Positions 8,506 through 16,240 of a stretch of DNA of 64,000 nt are shown here, piece by piece. The stretch spans positions 8,255-72,254 of IMG/VR virus record IMGVR_UViG_3300021311_000141; one strand, written 5' to 3'. This DNA comes from a virus. Lineage: Duplodnaviria; Caudoviricetes. Each line of letters opens with the position of its first letter. Position 1 is the first letter of the stretch. A program made the translations under genes and the position numbers. Below the pieces are notes generated by a model. That model made no database searches, was not told the DNA's origin, and saw only the letters and a list, made by a program, of their open reading frames with translations.

Positions 8506-9660
8506 TCAGTTGTAGTAGAACAACCGCAAGTAGAGATTGTCAGTGAAGCGAAGGTTCTGTCTGCGATGTGCGTACCGCAACACAGACCCTCGCCAGGACT
8601 GATAGGCATCGCTGACCATCTTGCGCGTCATCAGCCCGCGTTCGAACAGTCCGCGAAAACGCTTCAGCCTTCGCCGTTCCCGCACAAAGGCCGAGTTGTC
8701 GGCCCTCGCTGCTATCCGCCTGCCCACAACTGCGTAGCGGGTTTTCAGATAGGTGAATCCATGCGACAGCCGGACAATTTGCGTCTTTTTGCGATTCACA
8801 AACATGCCAAGCGCCGTGGCTTGCCGCTCAAACTCTCCAAGCGCTTCCATAAGGCGTTGCCTGTCGCTGTGGATGACATATACGTCGTCCATGTAGCGCC
8901 CGTAGTATTTGAACCCCATGGCGCACTTGAAATAATTGTCGATCACTGTGGGGAAGAACACGCCGCCGATTTGTGAAATCTGGCTGCCGATGCCCATGGA
9001 CTTGGACAGTTTCAGCCTGCCCGTGGGCCCCTGATATGCGGCTTGGCGTTCCCTGTGCCGAATGCTGCTGAACGGCACATGCGCGCTCGAAGCGTACTCG
9101 GCATCGGTCATGTAAGAAACGTCGGGGCTGAACGACGACACGACATGCTCCAACAACGGGCGTAGCGATGTGTCGCCGCCCAGGCGGCGCTGCACACTTT
9201 CCAGAAGTTGGGCATGGGGGATGTTGTCAAAGAATTTCGAGAAGTCGATGAGCAACACATACCCGTCAGGGTGGCGCCGCAGGAACTTCTCAAGGTGGAC
9301 TTTCAGGCGTCTGCGCGCGAAATCCACACCCTTGTTTTTCAATGACGCGCCGTTGTCGTATATCAGGTATGGGGAGAGGGCGGGAATGAGGGCATTGTCA
9401 CACAAGGATCGCTGCACAATGCGGTCAGTGATGTGTTGTGACCTGATGGGCCGCACCTTCCCGCGTTCGGCCAAGACAAACTCAAAAAACGGCATTTGCC
9501 GGTATGTTCCGTCCCGCAGGGCGCGGCGAAGCTGGCTGATGTTGCGCAGCAAATTCATCTGGCAGCGCTGCGTGGATGCTTTCCAGTCGCTCCCGCGTTT
9601 CGCCATCTGAAAGGCGTCGAACAGGTTGTTCGCGTCGCTCACAATATCCAGATAGCTCAT
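8506..9660 (-). CDS. DGR reverse transcriptase
   Basis: 384 aa; ERGKVR, DRIVQ, LIDFSKFF, MGIGSQISQ (DGR GxxxSQ signature), YGRYMDD; no maturase or endonuclease tail; adjacent TR/VR pair. Confidence 0.96.
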   Translation of the reverse strand: MSYLDIVSDANNLFDAFQMAKRGSDWKASTQRCQMNLLRNISQLRRALRDGTYRQMPFFEFVLAERGKVRPIRSQHITDRIVQRSLCDNALIPALSPYLIYDNGASLKNKGVDFARRRLKVHLEKFLRRHPDGYVLLIDFSKFFDNIPHAQLLESVQRRLGGDTSLRPLLEHVVSSFSPDVSYMTDAEYASSAHVPFSSIRHRERQAAYQGPTGRLKLSKSMGIGSQISQIGGVFFPTVIDNYFKCAMGFKYYGRYMDDVYVIHSDRQRLMEALGEFERQATALGMFVNRKKTQIVRLSHGFTYLKTRYAVVGRRIAARADNSAFVRERRRLKRFRGLFERGLMTRKMVSDAYQSWRGSVLRYAHRRQNLRFTDNLYLRLFYYN

Positions 9661-9828
9661 ACCGTGCCCCTGTTGGTTCTCATAAGACGGTGAGGCATGT
9701 TCACAGCCGTGCCTGACGTGTCAGACGGCATCATGCGCTCGTGTTTACCCCGCTCTCACGGGGAAGGACTGACCTTCCTTTCCTGTTTACTCGCATCGGC
9801 AACTGCCTACACATAGTGCGAGTACAGC
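9661..9828 (-). ncRNA. DGR TR-RT spacer, predicted structured part of the template RNA
   Basis: Non-coding gap with stems GGAAGG/CCTTCC (9762-9778), CCCC/GGGG (9748-9763), CTGAC/GTCAG nested in GCCGT/ACGGC (~9706-9729). Confidence 0.5.
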
Positions 9829-9949
9829 AAATCGGGCGGACACCGCGCGAGTTGGACGCGTTGTTGTAGTTCGCATTGCCGTTGTTGTTGGCATTGGCGA
9901 AGTTCGTCGACGACGCCACCGCGCCCAACCACCAGTTGTAGCGGGCCTT
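9829..9949 (-). repeat. DGR template repeat (TR)
   Basis: Aligns to 10597-10720; all 19-20 substitutions fall at TR adenines; 11 AAC/AAT codons, 28 adenines. Confidence 0.96.
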
Positions 9950-9955
9950 ACAAGG

Positions 9956-10531
9956 TCAGCCCTGGCTTTTCTTGGAGGGGGCTTTCCGCTTGCCCTCCTT
10001 GATTTGCGCCAATATTCGGTTGTCGGACTTGCGCCACCCCTTGAGCAGCGCTATCTCCTTCTCTATCATCTCAACATATGGCATGAATTTCTCAATATCG
10101 CACGGTATCACATGGATGACGTACTGCATCTCCTGCAAAAGTTGCTCGCAGTTTATGATTGCGCGATTTTGCATGGAGCGGCGTTCCAGATATTCCCTCT
10201 CGTTTATCGCATAGATGGTGTTAGCCCCGATGATGTTTTGCATCAGGTCACGGAGCAATCCCAAAATGGTTTCCCGAAAGTGGTCTATCAACCAATGCGG
10301 ATACCGTTCGATGACCGGCTGCTTGAAGCCGTATTTCTCGGCAATCTCGGCAAGCGCCCGCGTGTCCTCCTCGGACATGCCGCGCATACCCGATAGAACC
10401 TGCAGATTGCGCACCTTGTCCTTGATGGCAAAATCACGCAGCAGCAGATTGGTGAACGCCAGCCGCATCTTGAATGCGGTGTGGTAGAACTCCAAATCTG
10501 ACAATGTGCGCTTGCTGACCGGCACTGACAT
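9956..10531 (-). CDS. avd: DGR accessory variability determinant (Avd-like four-helix bundle)
   Basis: MSVPVSKRTLSDLEFY..IIGANTIY..RRSMQNRAIINCEQLLQE..EIALLKGWRKSD; between target and TR. Confidence 0.85.
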   Translation of the reverse strand: MSVPVSKRTLSDLEFYHTAFKMRLAFTNLLLRDFAIKDKVRNLQVLSGMRGMSEEDTRALAEIAEKYGFKQPVIERYPHWLIDHFRETILGLLRDLMQNIIGANTIYAINEREYLERRSMQNRAIINCEQLLQEMQYVIHVIPCDIEKFMPYVEMIEKEIALLKGWRKSDNRILAQIKEGKRKAPSKKSQG

Positions 10532-10548
10532 ATCTTGCCCTGTATGGC

Positions 10549-10575
10549 ATCCCCGCCCCACAAGGGGGCGGGGAT
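10549..10575. other. DGR target-recognition hairpin/cruciform downstream of VR
   Basis: ATCCCCGCCCC-ACAAG-GGGGCGGGGAT, perfect 11-bp stem, 7 bp past the target stop codon. Confidence 0.8.
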
Positions 10576-10582
10576 TGAAGAT

Positions 10583-11668
10583 TTACGCGAACAGGAAAAA
10601 CGGGCGGACACCGCGCGAGTGGGACGCGCTGGCGTAGTACGCACCGCCGCCGCGGCTGTCGGCATAGGCGAAGGCCGTCGACGACGCCACCGCGCCCAAC
10701 CACCAGGCGTAGCGGGCCGCTCGTCCGTTGATCCACGTCGGGTCGAGCCGAAACAGGGCAAGCTGCGCCTTTTTGCAGCCGACATCGCGGGCGGAGGAAC
10801 TCCAGACCGTGCCGCCGTACACCATGGGTTCGGAACACAGCCCGATGAGCTCATCGGCCCACGCGCTGGCATTCGAGCTGCCGACCAGGGCGGAGCCTGC
10901 CATGCTGTCGGCAGTGGCATTAACGCCGGTTGTCAGCCAATCGCTGTGCCCGACAATGTGGCCGTCCATGCAGTTCGCAGCGTTCAGTTCGCCGTACACG
11001 GTGTTCTGCAGGGTCGCCCACAACGCGCAGCCGCGGAGTGCGCCGGTCGTGTCGTTGGTGGGGTTCATCTGGGCGCTGAACAGCGAGGTGTCGGGCATGA
11101 GGATAAGATGATTTGCCGTGGTTTGCCCGATGGTGTTCGGATTGCTGCCGTCAATGGCCAGGCCGTTGGTGGCGTCAACAGCGCCCATGTACTTCCAGTA
11201 GTTGAAATGGGCGATGCGGAAGTTCACATCGACCGTGCTGCCGCCGTGCGTGAACTTCCTGGTGAAGTAGTCGCCGATGTAGAGGTCGGAGAAGTCCCCT
11301 GCGGCCAGCTTCGCGGACAGCTCGGCCAGCGTATAGACGTTGGTCAGATTCTTGCCGCGGTAGATGCAGTTGTGGGCGGCGGCCACGTCGTCGCCGGTGT
11401 CGGAGCTGCGAAGGATGAGGTTGGCGCAGCTTTTCCCGTCAGTGGCAGCAGTGTCCACATAACTCTTATTCGCCCCATGGTTGGCCGCCGTAGGTGCGGG
11501 AAGCACTGGGGATGATGTGAAGGTTTTAACGCCGCCGATGGTCTCATTATTCACTTTGTGTACTGCGTTGCCCAAAAGCTCTGCGGACTGCCGCAATACG
11601 GAAGAGGTTTCCTCAAGTTCTTCCTCGCAGTTCTGAATCGCCGCGAGCAATTCGTCGGAGGTGGCCAT
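10583..11668 (-). CDS. DGR target: tail-fibre tip/adhesin with probable C-type-lectin-like C-terminal domain
   Basis: ATG 11668 with AAGGAG RBS; N-terminal tail-fibre repeat VHKVNNETIGGVKTF..KSYVD; HNCIYRGKNL, GDFSDLYIGDY, WWL..GVRP C-terminus carrying the VR. Confidence 0.88.
   Translation of the reverse strand: MATSDELLAAIQNCEEELEETSSVLRQSAELLGNAVHKVNNETIGGVKTFTSSPVLPAPTAANHGANKSYVDTAATDGKSCANLILRSSDTGDDVAAAHNCIYRGKNLTNVYTLAELSAKLAAGDFSDLYIGDYFTRKFTHGGSTVDVNFRIAHFNYWKYMGAVDATNGLAIDGSNPNTIGQTTANHLILMPDTSLFSAQMNPTNDTTGALRGCALWATLQNTVYGELNAANCMDGHIVGHSDWLTTGVNATADSMAGSALVGSSNASAWADELIGLCSEPMVYGGTVWSSSARDVGCKKAQLALFRLDPTWINGRAARYAWWLGAVASSTAFAYADSRGGGAYYASASHSRGVRPFFLFA
10597..10720 (-). repeat. 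DGR variable repeat (VR) with IMH at its 3' end
   Basis: Encodes AARYAWWLGAVASSTAFAYADSRGGGAYYASASHSRGVRPF versus TR KARYNWWLGAVASSTNFANANNNGNANYNNASNSRGVRPI; 3 nt longer than TR. Confidence 0.96.
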
Positions 11669-11708
11669 AGTCAAACTCCTTTTGCGGTGTCACCGCGCTT
11701 TTTATTGG

Positions 11709-12299
11709 TTACGATTGGCTTTCCTCGTATCCCAGCTCTGAAGCGCACCATGAAACTATTTCTGCAAGGCGCGTTTCTAATATTGACACACGCGCTGCCA
11801 TATTTGTAAGCAGTGTGTAATATTCAGCAAGCTGCGTCTGATAGGCAGTGATGATATCAGCAGAAATCAAGTCATACTGTTCACCATTGTAATACAGCAG
11901 ATATGTATTGTTTGCCATGAGTGCGCGCGCTTCAATAGCTGCGCCCTGAAAATATATTGACTTCGCACCCGTGTTGTTGACGTTCAACGTGGGATTATTT
12001 GCAGTATTTGTGTTGGCAAACCTTACAATAACCGTTGCACCTTTGCGCAGGATGAAGTTGCTGGCATTAAGGACTTTTTCCGTTGTCCCAGCCGCCGTGG
12101 AACATTCACCGGAAACATGGCTATTCAGTTCTCTACGGACAACCTCAAACTCGGCCTGTGCGTTGGCGCCGGTCACGCCGTTCCGGGCGGTGAGCAGCAC
12201 CATGCCGCCGTCGGTTTCGGCATGTTCCTTGATGAGGGTGTCGCCGGAGCGGCGGAAGTTGACGACCTTCTTGATGGTTTCGGAAATGGAAAAGGGCAT
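11709..12299 (-). CDS. Tail-fibre-associated protein (module A plus tail-fibre domain)
   Basis: N-terminus near-identical to 12384-12893; CSTAAGTTEKV..VRFANTNTANNPTLNVNNTGAKSI is a recurrent tail-fibre domain. Confidence 0.7.
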   Translation of the reverse strand: MPFSISETIKKVVNFRRSGDTLIKEHAETDGGMVLLTARNGVTGANAQAEFEVVRRELNSHVSGECSTAAGTTEKVLNASNFILRKGATVIVRFANTNTANNPTLNVNNTGAKSIYFQGAAIEARALMANNTYLLYYNGEQYDLISADIITAYQTQLAEYYTLLTNMAARVSILETRLAEIVSWCASELGYEESQS

Positions 12300-12300
12300 G
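12148..12300. repeat. Direct repeat A, copy 1 (153 bp)
   Basis: Matches 12742-12894 with 2 mismatches. Confidence 0.95.
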
Positions 12301-12331
12301 GGTACATCCCCTTATGATGAAACACAGCAAT

Positions 12332-12376
12332 GCCCGCGCAGGCTGGCGGTTTTATATCCCGCCCGCCTGCGCGGGC
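12332..12376. terminator. Long intergenic hairpin (terminator or RNA stability element)
   Basis: GCCCGCGCAGGC / GCCTGCGCGGGC 12-bp arms plus inner GGCGG/CCGCC; no clean U-tract. Confidence 0.45.
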
Positions 12377-12383
12377 GAATTGG

Positions 12384-12893
12384 TTAGGCCTGTTCCACGA
12401 TTACCAGGCCACCATCGGCGATGCCTTCGGGCATGGTTTCGGGCGTGCTGGCGACGTGCAGCACGTCCACTTCCTTGTTCTGCACATCGCCCCAGTTCAC
12501 GGTCACATCCATGGATTCCGCCTCGGCAGTCTTCACCCAGCCGTTGGTGGTGTCCTGATAGATGTACTTGGCCGCACCGGCAGCGACGGTGTTGTCGGCG
12601 CTGGCGTCGATCACCCAGCACTGGTCACCCACGTTCATGCCGGTCAGGGCGTCGCGGGCGGCAATGTTGGCCACGACGGACATCTTGGTCTGCCCGTCGA
12701 TGGTGCTCTGCATGCCAGAGATGAGCGTACGGATGGCTTCGAACTCGGCCTGCGCGTTGGCGCCGGTCACGCCGTTCTGGGCGGTGAGCAGCACCATGCC
12801 GCCGTCGGTTTCGGCATGTTCCTTGATGAGGGTGTCGCCGGAGCGGCGGAAGTTGACGACCTTCTTGATGGTTTCGGAAATGGAAAAGGGCAT
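12384..12893 (-). CDS. Tail-fibre-associated protein (module A plus module B)
   Basis: Shares its N-terminus with 11709-12299 and IAARDALTGMNVGDQCWV.DASADNTVAAGAA with 12988-13413. Confidence 0.7.
   Translation of the reverse strand: MPFSISETIKKVVNFRRSGDTLIKEHAETDGGMVLLTAQNGVTGANAQAEFEAIRTLISGMQSTIDGQTKMSVVANIAARDALTGMNVGDQCWVIDASADNTVAAGAAKYIYQDTTNGWVKTAEAESMDVTVNWGDVQNKEVDVLHVASTPETMPEGIADGGLVIVEQA
12570..12667. repeat. Direct repeat B, copy 1 (98 bp)
   Basis: Matches 13141-13238 with 5 mismatches. Confidence 0.92.
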
Positions 12894-12894
12894 G
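12742..12894. repeat. Direct repeat A, copy 2
   Basis: Matches 12148-12300. Confidence 0.95.
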
Positions 12895-12987
12895 ATTTAC
12901 ACTCCTGTGCTTTATTTTGTTCCAGTGCTGTCTCCGGAGTAACAATCACTGGACATGGCCTCGGCCCAATGCTTTGGCCGGATTGAC

Positions 12988-13413
12988 TTATATTTTTTCA
13001 ATATCCACAGTCAGCCTCCCTCCATCCCGCAATCCTTCCGGCATGGACGTTGGCAGCGTGGTTACATGGAGGGCGTCATCCATACTTTCACTCTCTGTTG
13101 TCTTGACCCATCCAGAGGATGCCCCCTGCCAGACATAACCGGCCGCACCGGCAGCGACGGTGTTGTCGGCGCTGGCGTCGAGCACCCAGCACTGGTCACC
13201 GACGTTCATGCCGGTCAGAGCATCACGGGCGGCAATGTCGGGAGCGACAAAGCTTTTCGTGTTCCCTTGAACGGCCTGTCTCAATGACTGCATCTCGTGC
13301 TTAAATTCAGACAAAATGGTTGGGAGATATTTTTTTGTTTCCTCGTCATAGACTTCACTTGTCGGTGTCTTTAGGGGTTTCCCATTGCGTGTAAAATGCG
13401 CTAGATCTACCAT
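12988..13413 (-). CDS. Tail-fibre-associated protein (unique AT-rich N-terminus plus module B)
   Basis: C-terminal half paralogous to 12384-12893. Confidence 0.65.
   Translation of the reverse strand: MVDLAHFTRNGKPLKTPTSEVYDEETKKYLPTILSEFKHEMQSLRQAVQGNTKSFVAPDIAARDALTGMNVGDQCWVLDASADNTVAAGAAGYVWQGASSGWVKTTESESMDDALHVTTLPTSMPEGLRDGGRLTVDIEKI
13141..13238. repeat. Direct repeat B, copy 2
   Basis: Matches 12570-12667. Confidence 0.92.
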
Positions 13414-13426
13414 AATGCACCCCCGT

Positions 13427-14272
13427 TTAGTCTATATGTGTAATATTGACTATCAGCGCAGCATCTTCAGGTGCAACTGATTTGTTATCAACGATAGAGA
13501 TAGGAGCAATTTTTGCCCCTCCGACAGCTGTATATCCAGCAGGGGATAAAGTTTCTGTGAACACAGGTATGACGCTGTTGCCGATACCCATAGCTAACGC
13601 CAGTTCAACACTTGCAATGCGGCGCATTAAAATAATGTTATGCTTTGCAGTATGAACAAATCGCAACATTTCCTGCATCTTGGCAAATTCAACATCATTC
13701 TTGAGATCAATTCTCGCCAGCGATTCCAAAATACTGTTCCTGATTAAACGTATTCTGGAAGCCGTTGCCCTTGCCTCTCGAATCAAAGAATGCTGCACAA
13801 AACCAAATATCTGCACTGATTCTGCGACATCACGCCTATCAACATTGATCATGTCATCCGTGATGTCAGAAGAAATATCCTCAACAGTAACTGTGGCGAG
13901 CAGAATATGGTGGTCATTCAGTTTTTCTCTCGCCACAATTCGCTGATAGCCGGGCTGCGTTTCGACGTAGAATGCCTCAATGACGATATGCCATGTGCCG
14001 GACGCCGGGATTTCCACATACCCAGGGTCGTCCATGGTGACAGTGAGGCTGTAGCCATCGCGCTCCACAACGGCGACGCTGCGGGAGGAGCCGTCCTCAT
14101 GCGTGACAAGCACTTTGCCTGCCCCGCCGGGCTTGACCACGAAGCCGCGGTACACGCCGGGGCTAAGAATGCCAGCAAGTTTACGGTTAAGGGCGCTGGA
14201 TACATACCGCTCGCCAAACCGCACCGACTGGCGCAGCACAGGCGCGGACATTGTTTCGATGGACTGACTCAT
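13427..14272 (-). CDS. Tail fibre protein, P1 gpS N-terminal (baseplate-attachment) homolog, short, with AT-rich coiled-coil C-terminus
   Basis: ERYVSSALNRKLAGILSPGVYRGFVVKPGG resembles P1 gpS EPYLSAALNRKFRGIVDPGFYAGF; follows R. Confidence 0.8.
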   Translation of the reverse strand: MSQSIETMSAPVLRQSVRFGERYVSSALNRKLAGILSPGVYRGFVVKPGGAGKVLVTHEDGSSRSVAVVERDGYSLTVTMDDPGYVEIPASGTWHIVIEAFYVETQPGYQRIVAREKLNDHHILLATVTVEDISSDITDDMINVDRRDVAESVQIFGFVQHSLIREARATASRIRLIRNSILESLARIDLKNDVEFAKMQEMLRFVHTAKHNIILMRRIASVELALAMGIGNSVIPVFTETLSPAGYTAVGGAKIAPISIVDNKSVAPEDAALIVNITHID

Positions 14273-14274
14273 GG

Positions 14275-14712
14275 TTAACCCTCCGTCCCTTCAACGGCTT
14301 CCACGGGGAATGTGAGCGCCGGGTAACTGCGGTCTGCCTCGGTCGGCGTCACCCAGTCGGGAAACGTCGTGCAGACCGCAACCAGATCGCCGTCCTGGTC
14401 GTAGATGCCAATGAGGTTGTATTTATGGGGGGTCGATACCGCGCCGGCGGGTATTTCGCATTTGCAGACGGTGACGCCGTTGGAATACTCGGCCTCCACG
14501 GCTCCCCGGTAAAATTCTTCCGGCACGTCAGTCATGTTGGCTGGGATGTCGAGCAGGACAGGGGCGTCCGGGTCGGAAACATCGACGAGGCCAAAGCCCG
14601 CCCGGAACTCTTCAAAACGGGGGCAGACACCTTGCCCGGCGGCCGCCATGCCGACCTTTTCATAGTATTTATTCAGCAGCTTGGAACGCTGATAGACAGT
14701 TCCGTCCGACAT
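14275..14712 (-). CDS. P1 gpR-like tail fibre attachment/assembly protein
   Basis: YQRSKLLNKYY..YNLIGIYDQDGDLVAVC; synteny 16-R-S. Confidence 0.75.
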   Translation of the reverse strand: MSDGTVYQRSKLLNKYYEKVGMAAAGQGVCPRFEEFRAGFGLVDVSDPDAPVLLDIPANMTDVPEEFYRGAVEAEYSNGVTVCKCEIPAGAVSTPHKYNLIGIYDQDGDLVAVCTTFPDWVTPTEADRSYPALTFPVEAVEGTEG

Positions 14713-16121
14713 CACACATACCCTCCATAGGGATAATCAAGCGGGGCAAAATCCACGCTGATGCCGTCTTCACCGGGGAGACGGTCAAGCGGGTTTTCCA
14801 TCTCCTCAAAAGCCGGCATTGCGGCATGAAAACGGCATCTTTCGGAAGCCGTGGAACAGATGAACGATGCAGGCACAGTGAATGCGCGCGTTTTGCGCTC
14901 CTGCTGGATGCCGAGCGCATGTTGAAAATCCAGCGCAACGCTTTTTTCGAGCTCGCGCAGCACCATGCTGATGGCTGACGTATCAGCCGCCTCGTTGCCG
15001 CTTCGCACTCTGTCGAGAGGGAGCAAATCGCCAAAGCCGTCAGGCAGGTAGCGGTCGAGGCGCCATGCGGATACGTCAAGAAAACGTATGCCCTGGCTCC
15101 GTTCGGTTTCCCCATGCCGTTTGAGCGTGCCGGGCGCAGCGTACACGGTCGAAGTCCTGCCCCGCTTGCCGCTCAACGACATGGCAGGAGCAGAGAGGGG
15201 GACGCAAACAAGCCGTTCGCCTTCGGCATAGACGGTGGAAAGGCGCTGCGGCGCCATGAGTTCTCGCCCCGGCATCACAAGATCAAGCGGCAGCAGGTCG
15301 CCGAATCCGTCGGGGAGAAAACGGTCGAGGTGCCAGTCCGAATCAGCCCAAAAGGCTATGGCGACATGCCGCGAAACGTCGCGCGGCATCTCGAAAACGC
15401 CAATGTCGGCATGGCGCACGTCTGCAGGAGTGTAGTCGTAGCGGGCGCCCAGCGGCCCGAACTGAAGTTCTATCCTGTGGCAGTTGTCCCACGTCACTGA
15501 CATGGCTGGGTCAAACACGCCCAGGTCGTACCGAATGAACCAAAGAAAGCCGTCAAAGACGATATGGAGCGGCTTTGTGCGAACCACCAGCGGGTGCGCC
15601 TCGTCGCGGAAACGGTCTTTGGAAAGGCCCTCTCGAAAGAGCCCCAGCTTGTCCACGCCCACGATGCCGCGCGATGTGAGAAAATACCCGTCCGGCGGAA
15701 TATTCTTCGACCACGCATCCTCAAGCAGGTAATCACTTGTGATGAACTCGGTGCCATATTCCTTGGCGGAAGGAGCAAAGAGCGGATACCACTCAACCGG
15801 GAAATCGCCGAAGTGCCTGCGGAACACGGAGCGCAGAATCAGCTCCATGTCCTTGTATTCAATTTCGAGCCGACGCCATGCCAGGGCTATGGGACGGTCA
15901 GCCTCTTTCGGCATCTCGAAAGAGAAATAGTCGCCCATCTGGCGGATTTTCTTGGCAAGGTCGGCATCGTCCGCCGTGTAGGAAGAGCGCAGCCGTTCGA
16001 GCCTGGACATCTCCGGGTCAAAAAAATCTTCCCAGAGACGTTCCAAGGCTGTGGCGAAGTCGGCCCACCTGGGCTCCTTCGCCTTCGCAGGCGTGAGGCG
16101 GTTTACAAGCCAGTTGTTCAA
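14712..16121 (-). CDS. P1 gp16-like baseplate wedge protein with repeated C-terminal extension
   Basis: WLVNRLTPAK..FLTSRGIV..KPLHIVFDG; LDR[FY]LPDGFGDLLPLD repeated 90 aa apart. Confidence 0.8.
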   Translation of the reverse strand: MNNWLVNRLTPAKAKEPRWADFATALERLWEDFFDPEMSRLERLRSSYTADDADLAKKIRQMGDYFSFEMPKEADRPIALAWRRLEIEYKDMELILRSVFRRHFGDFPVEWYPLFAPSAKEYGTEFITSDYLLEDAWSKNIPPDGYFLTSRGIVGVDKLGLFREGLSKDRFRDEAHPLVVRTKPLHIVFDGFLWFIRYDLGVFDPAMSVTWDNCHRIELQFGPLGARYDYTPADVRHADIGVFEMPRDVSRHVAIAFWADSDWHLDRFLPDGFGDLLPLDLVMPGRELMAPQRLSTVYAEGERLVCVPLSAPAMSLSGKRGRTSTVYAAPGTLKRHGETERSQGIRFLDVSAWRLDRYLPDGFGDLLPLDRVRSGNEAADTSAISMVLRELEKSVALDFQHALGIQQERKTRAFTVPASFICSTASERCRFHAAMPAFEEMENPLDRLPGEDGISVDFAPLDYPYGGYV

Positions 16122-16198
16122 GAAAATACCCTTGGCGGCCTGATTGTTTCAGTTCCGACAAGGGTAAAAACACATGGCAAGAGGGAACAATAAAAAAC

Positions 16199-16223
16199 TG
16201 TCTAAATATGCCAGATATGGAGG
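16199..16223. promoter_or_regulatory. 25-bp dyad motif (copy 2, degenerate)
   Basis: TGTCTAAATATGCCAGATATGGAGG, 78 bp upstream of the gp16-like start. Confidence 0.5.
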
Positions 16224-16240
16224 GTGAAATTAAATTCTGC

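Noticed and set aside
8506-9660. RT as group II intron, retron or defence RT
   Set aside because: GxxxSQ motif, short length, adjacent avd and an adenine-specific TR/VR pair identify a DGR
9731-9928. 65-aa Asn-rich ORF
   Set aside because: It is the in-frame reading of the TR, which acts as RNA
12148-13238. Repeats A and B as extra TR/VR pairs
   Set aside because: Mismatches are few and not adenine-specific or one-directional
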